A stretch of 32,000 nt of DNA from Micrococcus luteus NCTC 2665 (GTDB taxonomy: Bacteria > Actinomycetota > Actinomycetes > Actinomycetales > Micrococcaceae), in assembly GCF_000023205.1 (NCBI RefSeq), contig NC_012803.1, positions 960,001 through 992,000 on the forward strand, written 5' to 3'. Positions 24,186 to 31,751 of the stretch are shown one piece after another. The position numbers and the translations under genes were made by a program. Numbering within the stretch: the first letter of the stretch is position 1; every line of letters starts with the position of its first letter. The notes under the pieces were generated by a model that was not told the DNA's origin, did not search any database, and worked only from the letters and a program-made list of their open reading frames with translations.

Positions 24186-24259
24186 GGCGCCAGCTCGCGC
24201 CCGCGTCGACCCTGATCGGGCCGCGCCCGCGGCCCGTCGTCCAGTCAAGAGGAGCAACT

Positions 24260-25405
24260 GTGCCCAAGGTCATGCCCATCTACGGAACCCGCCCGGAGGC
24301 CATCAAGGTGGCCCCCATCGTCAAGGCGCTGCAGGCCGACGAGCGGTTCGAGTGCGTGGTGACTGTCACGGGGCAGCACCGCGAGATGCTGGACCAGGTC
24401 AACGAGCTGTTCGGCATCGTCCCGGACCACGACCTGAACATCATCCAGCCCCGCCAGACCCTCAACGGCGTGTTCGCCCGCACCCTCGACGGGCTCGACG
24501 CCGTCCTCGAGCAGGGGCGGCCGGACGCCGTCGTCGTCCAGGGGGACACGACGACCTCGACGGCGGGCGCCGTCGCCGCCTTCAACCGCGGCATCCCCGT
24601 GGTCCACGCCGAGGCGGGCCTGCGCAGCTTCGACATCCTCTCCCCGTTCCCGGAGGAGGCCAACCGCAAGATCACCAGCCAGATCTCGGCGCTGCACCTG
24701 CCCCCGACCACCGTGAGCCGGGACAACCTGCTGCGTGAGGCCGTGGCCGCGGAGGACGTGTACGTGACGGGCAACACCGTGATCGACGCGCTGCTGGAGG
24801 CCGTCGGCCACCAGGTGCCGTTCGAGGACGAGCGTCTGGCGGAGCTGGAGGCGTCGGGCCGCCGCGTCGTCCTCGTGACCACCCACCGACGCGAGAACCA
24901 GGGCGATGCGATGCGCGGCGTCGGGCGCGCCCTGGCCCGCCTGGCCGCGGACCACCCCGACGTCACCTTCGTCCTGCCGGCGCATCGCAACCCGGTGGTG
25001 CGCGAGGCGATCCTGCCGGAGATCGAGGGCCGCGAGAACGTGCTCGTGACCGAGCCCCTGGCCTACGGCGAGTTCACCCACCTGCTGTCTGTGGCCACTG
25101 TCGTGCTGACGGACTCCGGCGGCGTCCAGGAGGAGGCCCCGTCCCTGGGCAAGCCCGTCCTGGTGATGCGCGAGAACACCGAGCGTCCCGAGGCCGTGAC
25201 CGCCGGCACCGTGCGCCTGATCGGCACCGACGAGGAGGTCGTGGTCACCGAAGTCACCCGCCTGCTGACGGACGACTCCGCGTATACCGCGATGTCCCAG
25301 GCCGTGAACCCCTACGGCGACGGCCGCGCGGCCGAGCGCACGGTCTCGGCGATCGCCGAGCTGCTCGGCGTGGGCGAGCGACTGCCGGCCTTCGACGGCG
25401 CCTGA
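24260..25405 (+). CDS. wecB: UDP-N-acetylglucosamine 2-epimerase (non-hydrolysing), 381 aa
   Basis: AAGAGGAG at 24247-24254 lies 5 nt before GTG 24260. Family blocks run throughout: VMPIYGTRPEAIKVAPI, VTVTGQHREMLDQV, PDHDLNIIQP, VVVQGDTTTS, IPVVHAEAGLRS, PFPEEANRK, HRRENQG, VLTDSGGVQEEAPSLGKPVLVMRENTERPE, NPYGDGRAAER. Confidence 0.92.
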   Translation: MPKVMPIYGTRPEAIKVAPIVKALQADERFECVVTVTGQHREMLDQVNELFGIVPDHDLNIIQPRQTLNGVFARTLDGLDAVLEQGRPDAVVVQGDTTTSTAGAVAAFNRGIPVVHAEAGLRSFDILSPFPEEANRKITSQISALHLPPTTVSRDNLLREAVAAEDVYVTGNTVIDALLEAVGHQVPFEDERLAELEASGRRVVLVTTHRRENQGDAMRGVGRALARLAADHPDVTFVLPAHRNPVVREAILPEIEGRENVLVTEPLAYGEFTHLLSVATVVLTDSGGVQEEAPSLGKPVLVMRENTERPEAVTAGTVRLIGTDEEVVVTEVTRLLTDDSAYTAMSQAVNPYGDGRAAERTVSAIAELLGVGERLPAFDGA

Positions 25406-25444
25406 GCCGCACCGCACCCCCGGACGGGGACACCCCGTCGAGGC

Positions 25445-25482
25445 CACGAGGCCGCCGTCCCCACGGGGACGGCGGCCTCGTG
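25445..25482. terminator. Perfect 18-bp-arm GC-rich hairpin between convergent wecB and the MFS gene (candidate bidirectional terminator)
   Basis: CACGAGGCCGCCGTCCCC (25445-25462) and GGGGACGGCGGCCTCGTG (25465-25482) are exact reverse complements separated by 2 nt. A smaller hairpin, GACGGGG-ACA-CCCCGTC, sits at 25423-25439. There is no U-tract, which is common in high-GC actinobacteria. Confidence 0.5.
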
Positions 25483-25494
25483 CGTGCCCCGACG

Positions 25495-26808
25495 TCACCC
25501 GTCCTCGCGCGGGGTCACCCGGGCGTCCTCCGGGCGGACCAGCGGCAGGGACCCGGTGCGGGGACCGCCGGGCACGATCGGCACATTGGTCTCCGGGGCA
25601 CGCCACCACGCGAGCGCGCCGAGCAGGATGACGCCGCCGGTGAGCGCGAACGCCCATCCGTAGCCGGCCGTGTCCACCACGAGGCCGGCCAGCAGCGGGC
25701 CGGAGATGGCGCCCAGGTCCGCGGACATCTGGGCGGTGGACATCACAGCGCCGGAGCGCCGCCTCTGGCCCACGACGTCGGCGATGGCCGCCTGCTGCGG
25801 GGCGTTGAGGGTGCCCGTGCCGGCGCCGGCCAGCAGGCACGCGAGCAAGAAGGACAGCGGTGAGGTCATCCAGCCGATCACCCCGGTGGTGGCAGCCATG
25901 ACGAGCAGGCCCGCCAGGATCAGCGGACGGCGTCCATGCCGGTCGGACAGCCGCGAGCTGAACGTCACAGCGGTGACGTTGCCGAGCGCGAACACGGACA
26001 GGGCCAGGCCCGCCATGAGAGCGCCGTCCACCTGCCAGCCCAGCAGCCCCGTGCCGGCGAACGCGGTGGCCGCGAACAGGGGCATCACCGAGTTGCGCAC
26101 ACCGAACGTCGCCCAGCCGTTGGCGAAGAAGGAGACCAGCGCGGCCCGGTAGGACGGGTTGGACAGGGCCTCCCGGACCGGCATGGCGGGGCGGACGTCG
26201 CGGACGGCGCGGTCCGCGAGCCGGGTGTCCTTGAGCAGGAAGAACACGAGGGCCGCCGCCACCACCAGGGAGCTGCCGTAGATGAGGAACGGGGCCCGGT
26301 ACCCGAACACGGACAGGGCGGAGCCCACGATCGGACCCACGATGTTGCCGATCAGGAACGCGGACGCGTAGGCGCCCGAGATCCGGCCGCGCATCGTGGG
26401 CGGGGACTTGCGGGCCAGGAACGCCATGGCGGACACGGTGAAGAGGGTGGAGCCGACGCCGCCGAGCGCCCGGAAGAGGAGCAGCTGCGGGAAGGTCTGC
26501 GCGAAGGCCACCAGGAACATGGACGCGGCCACGATCAGCACGCCCGTCATGTACACGGGCGTCTCGCCGAGCCGGTTCGTCAGCTTGCCGGAGACCGGGG
26601 CGAACAGGAGGCGGGTCAGCCCGAACACGGACACGACGGCGGCCACCCCGACGGCGGACGCGTCGAACGTCGCCGCGTACTGCGGCAGCAGCGGGGCGAT
26701 GATGCCGAAGCCGATCGCGATGATGAACGCGGCGGCGACGAGGACCCTGATCTCACGGGGCAGAGGGACCCGCGAGGAGCGGGCGGACGACGACGGCATG
26801 ACCGCCAT
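25495..26808 (-). CDS. Major facilitator superfamily transporter, about 434-437 aa, substrate unknown
   Basis: It has about 12 hydrophobic segments. The MFS loop 2-3 motif is GKLTNRLGETPVY, and other blocks are LFRALGGVGSTLF and SDRHGRRPLILAG. ATG 26799 (GAGG 9 nt upstream) is a more likely start than ATG 26808. The listed 518-aa ORF carries an Arg-rich, non-coding-looking extension. Confidence 0.85.
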   Translation of the reverse strand: MAVMPSSSARSSRVPLPREIRVLVAAAFIIAIGFGIIAPLLPQYAATFDASAVGVAAVVSVFGLTRLLFAPVSGKLTNRLGETPVYMTGVLIVAASMFLVAFAQTFPQLLLFRALGGVGSTLFTVSAMAFLARKSPPTMRGRISGAYASAFLIGNIVGPIVGSALSVFGYRAPFLIYGSSLVVAAALVFFLLKDTRLADRAVRDVRPAMPVREALSNPSYRAALVSFFANGWATFGVRNSVMPLFAATAFAGTGLLGWQVDGALMAGLALSVFALGNVTAVTFSSRLSDRHGRRPLILAGLLVMAATTGVIGWMTSPLSFLLACLLAGAGTGTLNAPQQAAIADVVGQRRRSGAVMSTAQMSADLGAISGPLLAGLVVDTAGYGWAFALTGGVILLGALAWWRAPETNVPIVPGGPRTGSLPLVRPEDARVTPREDG

Positions 26809-26873
26809 CCTCGCACGGCGCCGGGGGTGCGGCCCGGGGCGACGTCCGCCACGCCTCGTGGGATCCTGGTGAG

Positions 26874-27819
26874 ATGGACCACCGTTCTTCCTCCGGCCGT
26901 CGTCGCCGGATGTTCCGCGTCTGCGCCGGCCTGCTGGCCGCTGCTGTCGGGTTGGCGGGCTGTGCACCTCAACCTGCCGCGGCGCCCGGCGGCGAGTCCG
27001 GGGATCCTCCCCAGACAGCTGGCCACCCCATGACCGCCGTCGAGCGCGCAAGCCTCTATCCGTGTCGAGCCTATGGGCAGCTCCAGAGATTCAACACGGT
27101 GGAGACCAATGCGCGGGACGTCTACGGGTGGCGCCAGTTCGATCCCGTCGCGGTGGGTGACGGATCGGGTGACATCGACTGGGATAGAGATCCTTACCAA
27201 GACGAAGGCTGGCGTCTGTGGCTGTCTTCCCTCAGGTGGATCGGGCCCAGTATCGAAGCCGGCCGTGAAGGCGACGAGGAGGCCCTCGGTGTCGCTGAGC
27301 GCGTCATACGCGATTGGCGGGCTGACCACGAGGGCGGATGGGGCGGCGACCATGATGATGCGGAAGCCAACCATCACCGCATGGGCGTCCTCCTCTGCTT
27401 CCGGGAAGTGGTCGCCGACCGCGCAGCACGTTCTGCTGAACTCGCCGAGGACGGCAGTCTGCCGGAGCAGTACGCCTGGCTGGATGACCTGATCGGCCAG
27501 CACGCGGCGCAGAACATGGCGCGCTACTCACGGCGGCACAATCACGGGTCGATGGAGAACCTGGCTCTTCTGGGTGCCGGGTGCGTTCTGGACCGACCGG
27601 ACTGGATGGAGCACGCCATGGAGCGCGCCGAAGGCGATATTCCCTTCCAGGTGGACGACGAGGGCCTCAGTAACGAAGCAGCGCCGCATTATGCGGAATT
27701 CAATTATGCCCTCTTCCAAGCCATTGATGAGACAGCAGCTGGCTGCGGGGTCGAATCCGGCGCTTTCGAGGATGGGGTGGAAAAAATGGGTCAAGCCCTT
27801 CCTCACATGGTTGATTCGA
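26874..27819 (+). pseudogene. 5' fragment of a secreted polysaccharide-lyase-like lipoprotein gene (heparinase II/III or alginate-lyase-type N-domain), truncated by IS insertion
   Basis: A Tat-like signal (SGRRRRMFRV) is followed by a lipobox (LAGC). The alpha-helical domain reads RDWRADHEG...HHRMGVLL...RRHNHGSMENLALLGAG...EAAPHYAEFNYALFQ. The reading frame runs into the IS at 27820 and terminates after 11 IS-encoded codons, at 27854. Confidence 0.6.
27812..27819. repeat. Left copy of the 8-bp target-site duplication TGATTCGA
   Basis: It lies immediately outside the left IS terminus (GGCTC... starts at 27820). An identical octamer sits at 29277-29284, immediately outside the right terminus. 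Confidence 0.9.
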
Positions 27820-29276
27820 GGCTCATCCGAATCCAGGGTGTAGCCGGGGTCTGAACCCGCCGGTCTCGAGCAGGGATCTGGCGATGTAGTTGGTCAGGTT
27901 GCGGAACCCCAGCGCCGAGCCGCGCAGGTGCTCGAGCCTGCCGTTGATCGCCTCGGTGGGCCCGTTGGAGGTGCTGGGCCGGTCGAAGTAGGCCAGGACG
28001 TCGGCGGCGCGCTTCTTCAGCGTCCTGCCGAGCTTGGTGATCTCGACCAGGGCCTTGGGGACGCCGGTGCTGATCGAGTCGATGAGCCGGGCCATCAGCT
28101 CGCGGCCGTGGCGCCGGTTCTCGTGGCGGTAGGCGGCGATCATGCGCTGGTAGACGCTCCAGGTGACCTCGACCTCGACGTGGGCGTCGTCGGCGAACAG
28201 GGTGTCCAGTCGGTCCTTCTGCTTGTCGTTGAGCAGGTCGACGCCGGTGGACAGGGTCCGGCGGGCGGCATAGAGCGGGTCGCCCTTGCGGCCGCGGTGC
28301 CCACAGATGGCCTGCTGAACTCGCCGTCGGCACTCATCGAGCGCCTCGCCAGCGAGGCGCGTGACGTGGAAGGGATCTAGCACGGTCACCACGTCGGGCA
28401 GTTCCTCGACGGCGGCGGTCTTGAACCCGGTGAAGCCGTCCATCGCGACCACCTCCACGCCGTCGCGCCAGTCCTGCGGGCGGTCGGCCAGCCAGGTCTT
28501 GAACGCCTGCTTGGAGCGTCCTTCGACCATGTCCAGCAGCCGTGCCGGGCCGGTGCCATCTCGCACTGGGGTGAGGTCGATGATCACGGTGACGTACCTG
28601 TCGCCGCGACGGGTGTGCCTCCACACGTGCTCATCGACCCCGACGACCTTCACCCCCTCGAAGCGGTGCTCCTCGTCGATCAGCACCCGCTTGCCCTCGG
28701 CCAGAACGGCGTCGTTGGCGGTGTCCCAGGCCACCCCGAGCCCCTCGGCAACCCGAGCCACGGTCAGGTGCTGGACCACGATCCCTTCCAGCGCCCACCG
28801 CAGAGCGCGCCGAGACAACTTGGCCCGGGGCTCGGCCGCGGCGGTGGTGTCCTGGCGCCACACATACCCGCAGCCGCTGCAGCGGTAACGGCGCACGACG
28901 ACCTCCAGCGTCGTGGGCCGCCAGCCCAGTGGTTCGTGGGCAAGCCGTCGGACCACGGTGTCACGTGGTCTCCCTTCGCAGCCGCAGCGCCGGCACCACT
29001 GGTCGGGCTCGACCACCTGACAGGCCAATACGGCACGATCCGGCTCGAGTCGCTGCCCGGTGACAACGAGGCCGAGTTCGTCGAGGCGGCAGAAGGCAGT
29101 CAGGTCGGGGCTGGCGAACGCATCAGCGCGCCCGCCGACGGTAGCGTCGTGCACGTCGAGGTCTTTCGGGCTGAGTGTGTAGGAGCTCTCATCCTCGGGA
29201 GACCTCGACCTCTATCCGGCCACCGACGCGCCGGCCCGCCGCGCGACGTGCGCTACACCCTCATCTGGGAAGAGCC
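27820..29276 (-). mobile_element. ISL3-family insertion sequence, 1457 bp (IS31831-like organisation)
   Basis: The terminal inverted repeats are GGCTCATCCGAATCCAGGGTGTAGC (27820-27844) and the reverse complement of 29252-29276, GGCTCTTCCCAGATGAGGGTGTAGC. They match at 19 of 25 positions and carry the GGCTCTTC-type ISL3 terminus. A single transposase ORF fills the element, which is flanked by a perfect 8-bp direct repeat. Confidence 0.9.
27823..29154 (-). CDS. ISL3-family transposase, 443 aa
   Basis: An N-terminal zinc-finger region is present (CRRCGCEG...CSGCG). The DDE_Tnp_ISL3-type core reads VVGVDEHVWRH...YVTVIIDLT...LLDMVEGRSKQAFKTWL...VEVVAMDGFTGFKTA...LDPFHVTRLAGEALDECRR...LYAARRTL...VLAYFDRPSTSNGPTEAINGRLEHLRGSALGFRNLTNYIARSLLE. 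GTG 29154 is the start, and the stop lies inside the left IR. Confidence 0.9.
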   Translation of the reverse strand: MHDATVGGRADAFASPDLTAFCRLDELGLVVTGQRLEPDRAVLACQVVEPDQWCRRCGCEGRPRDTVVRRLAHEPLGWRPTTLEVVVRRYRCSGCGYVWRQDTTAAAEPRAKLSRRALRWALEGIVVQHLTVARVAEGLGVAWDTANDAVLAEGKRVLIDEEHRFEGVKVVGVDEHVWRHTRRGDRYVTVIIDLTPVRDGTGPARLLDMVEGRSKQAFKTWLADRPQDWRDGVEVVAMDGFTGFKTAAVEELPDVVTVLDPFHVTRLAGEALDECRRRVQQAICGHRGRKGDPLYAARRTLSTGVDLLNDKQKDRLDTLFADDAHVEVEVTWSVYQRMIAAYRHENRRHGRELMARLIDSISTGVPKALVEITKLGRTLKKRAADVLAYFDRPSTSNGPTEAINGRLEHLRGSALGFRNLTNYIARSLLETGGFRPRLHPGFG

Positions 29277-29284
29277 TGATTCGA
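29277..29284. repeat. Right copy of the 8-bp target-site duplication TGATTCGA
   Basis: It is identical to 27812-27819 and directly abuts the right IR end at 29276. Confidence 0.9.
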
Positions 29285-30300
29285 CGGGCTCATACTGGCA
29301 ATACGGGGACAGTGCAGAGTTCCCTGTCAGGCCATTCGACGGCATGAGCGATGAGTTGCGCTACGCGGCCACCAACGGGGCGGAGGGCGTCGCGCCTGCC
29401 GACCGTGTCCGTGCTTTTGACTCCGGTCCCGTATTCGGCCGGTCATCCTGGGGAATTCCCGGAGACGGCTTCGCGGACGCCTCCGCATGGATGCTGCGCA
29501 CGGGCACGGGGCGGGAGACGAAGTCCCACCGCGGTGATCTGATGCAGTTCCTGTACACGGCTCGCGGTCGTCAGATCGTCGAAGACGGGGGACATCCCGG
29601 CATCGTCGAGGACAGCTGGCGACCGTGGGGTCTGGGGCCGACTGCGCACAACGTGATCCACATTCCGACGCTCGACGAGTACCCGGGCGCGGGTCCCGCC
29701 GAGCGGGGTGAGGTGTGGGTGTCGTCGGATGGCTCTGCCGACGGTGCGACGGCGCGCCAGAATCTGGACGTCGGCGGGGAGCGGGCCCGTTCTGTTCTCG
29801 TGCTCACCGACCCGGACGCCGCCGTCATCGTGGATCGCACTCGCATCCTCGACGGCCGGACGGACCATGTGATCGAGACGCTGTGGAATCTTCCGGCGGA
29901 GTTCTCGGCAGAGAGGGTCTCCGAGGACACCGTCCGGGCGGTGGACGCAGGCTCCGGCGAATCGACGACCCTGGTGCAGGTGCGCATGGACGGTGAGCCG
30001 GTGTCGCGTGGCGGTGTCCACCTCCGACGGGGCGAGACCGACGCCAAGGGCGGCCACGCCCACCACGGATGGCACTACCCCGCAGAGCAGGAACGGGAGG
30101 AGGCGACGCAGGTCGCGTTCCGTTCGACCGGAGCCGACTCCGCGATCGTGAGTGTGCTCGTCCCCGCCGCCGCGGGCGACGCCGTGGGGGTGGACAGTGA
30201 GAGGGCCCCCGACGGTTCCGTCATCCTCACGGTCCGGAGCGAGGACGGGCACGCCCGAGTCGCGGTTCAGCAGGACGGCACCCTCTCCCGCCTGTCGTGA
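29285..30300 (+). pseudogene. 3' fragment of the IS-disrupted polysaccharide-lyase-like gene (heparinase II/III-type C-domain)
   Basis: Removing the IS plus one TSD copy joins ...HMVDS (27806-27818) in frame to TGSYWQYGDSAEF... and gives a 653-aa ORF. The C-terminal beta-sandwich-like region contains KSHRGDLMQFLYTARGRQIVEDGGHPG and GPTAHNVIHI, which resembles the Hepar_II_III domain. Confidence 0.6.
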
Positions 30301-30347
30301 ACCGTGCGGCCCGGGGCGGGCGATGGCCCGTGTGACAGACTGGGCCC

Positions 30348-31556
30348 GTGGAAATCGTGCTCATAGTCTCAGTCGTGGCCGCCCTGCTGCTGGGCGGCGT
30401 GCTCGTCGGCCTGCTGGACCGGCGCCCCGCCCCGCCGAAGGGCTCGTACCAGGGGGTGCGGGACGCGGACGACCCGCGCCCGAGCCCGCGGCACGCGGTG
30501 CCGTCGGGCTCCACCGCCGTCCTGGAGCGCCCCGAGGTCGACGAGGCGCCGGCCGTCGTCGCCGAGCCGGAGCCCGCCGTCGTCGAGGAGGGGGAGACCG
30601 CCCCGGCGAAGCCCGAGTACGAGCGCCCCGAGGCCGCCGGCTCGCGCCTGGCCCGCCTGCGGGCTCGCCTGCTCAAGTCCAACAACGTCTTCGGCAAGGG
30701 CCTGCTGGCGCTGCTGTCCCAGGACCGCATCGACGACGACGTGTGGGACGAGATCGAGGAGACGCTGCTGATGGCGGACCTCGGCACCGAGCCCACCCTG
30801 GAGCTCGTCGACCGCCTCAAGGCCCGTGTCACGGTCGAGGGCACGCGTGACCCCGAGCAGGTGCGCACCCTGCTGCGTGAGGAGCTCGTGGCGATGGTGG
30901 ATCCCTCGATGGATCGCCGTCTCGCCGCGACCCGCAGGGGCGACCGCCCCGCCGTGACCATGGTCGTGGGCGTCAACGGCGTCGGCAAGACCACCACCGT
31001 GGGCAAGCTCGCCCGTGTGCTCGTGGCGGAGGACCGCACCGTCGTGCTCGGCGCCGCGGACACCTTCCGCGCCGCCGCCGCCGAGCAGCTCGCCACGTGG
31101 GGTGCCCGCGTGGGCGTCGAGACCGTCCGCTCCGAGAAGGAGGGCGCCGACCCGGCGTCCGTCGCCTTCGAGGCCGTGGAGCACGGCATCGCCGAGGGCG
31201 TCGACGTCGTGCTCGTGGACACCGCGGGCCGTCTGCAGAACAAGGCCAACCTCATGGACGAGCTCGGCAAGATCAAGCGCGTCATCGAGAAGCAGGCCGA
31301 GGTGGACGAGGTCCTGCTCGTCCTCGACGCCACCACCGGCCAGAACGGCCTGACCCAGGCGAAGGTGTTCGCCGAGGTCGTGGACGTCACCGGCATCGTG
31401 CTGACCAAGCTGGACGGCACCGCCAAGGGCGGCATCGTGATCGCCATCCAGCGCCAGCTCGGCGTGCCCGTCAAGCTGATCGGCCTCGGCGAGGGCCCCG
31501 ACGACCTCGCGCCGTTCACCGCCGAGGGCTTCGTGGACGCGCTGCTGGCCGACTGA
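30348..31556 (+). CDS. ftsY: Signal recognition particle receptor FtsY, 402 aa
   Basis: An N-terminal TM anchor (IVLIVSVVAALLLGGVLVGLL) is followed by an acidic/Pro-rich linker. The NG domain reads MVVGVNGVGKTTTVGKLA, AADTFRAAAAEQL, LVDTAGRLQNKANLMDEL, TKLDGTAKGG and LIGLGEGPDDL. Confidence 0.93.
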   Translation: MEIVLIVSVVAALLLGGVLVGLLDRRPAPPKGSYQGVRDADDPRPSPRHAVPSGSTAVLERPEVDEAPAVVAEPEPAVVEEGETAPAKPEYERPEAAGSRLARLRARLLKSNNVFGKGLLALLSQDRIDDDVWDEIEETLLMADLGTEPTLELVDRLKARVTVEGTRDPEQVRTLLREELVAMVDPSMDRRLAATRRGDRPAVTMVVGVNGVGKTTTVGKLARVLVAEDRTVVLGAADTFRAAAAEQLATWGARVGVETVRSEKEGADPASVAFEAVEHGIAEGVDVVLVDTAGRLQNKANLMDELGKIKRVIEKQAEVDEVLLVLDATTGQNGLTQAKVFAEVVDVTGIVLTKLDGTAKGGIVIAIQRQLGVPVKLIGLGEGPDDLAPFTAEGFVDALLAD

Positions 31557-31573
31557 CGTCCCGCACCCCGGTC

Positions 31574-31608
31574 CAGGGCCCCTCCCGACGACGTCGGGAG
31601 GGGCCCTG
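31574..31608 (+). terminator. Rho-independent-type terminator hairpin after ftsY
   Basis: CAGGGCCCCTCCCGAC (31574-31589), a GAC loop and GTCGGGAGGGGCCCTG (31593-31608) form a perfect 16-bp stem. It starts 18 nt after the ftsY stop and is followed by TCCTGTC. Confidence 0.6.
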
Positions 31609-31751
31609 TCCTGTCACGGAGACGTCATCGACGTGTGGTGCGGCCCACTCCTCCGGTACCGTCCCTCCATCGGCCCCGATCGGGGCCGGGCAGCGACGCC
31701 GCGGGACGGGCGTTCGCCCCCGGCTCGCGGCCCGGACCGAAGGAGACCCCC

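Noticed and set aside
31609-31751. A possible GlnR/AmtR-type nitrogen operator upstream of amt (GTCAC-n6-GTCAT around 31613-31629)
   Set aside because: Only one half-site resembles the gTnAc element. The second half does not match GaAAc, and I cannot evaluate significance without a matrix scan, so it is not supportable from sequence alone.
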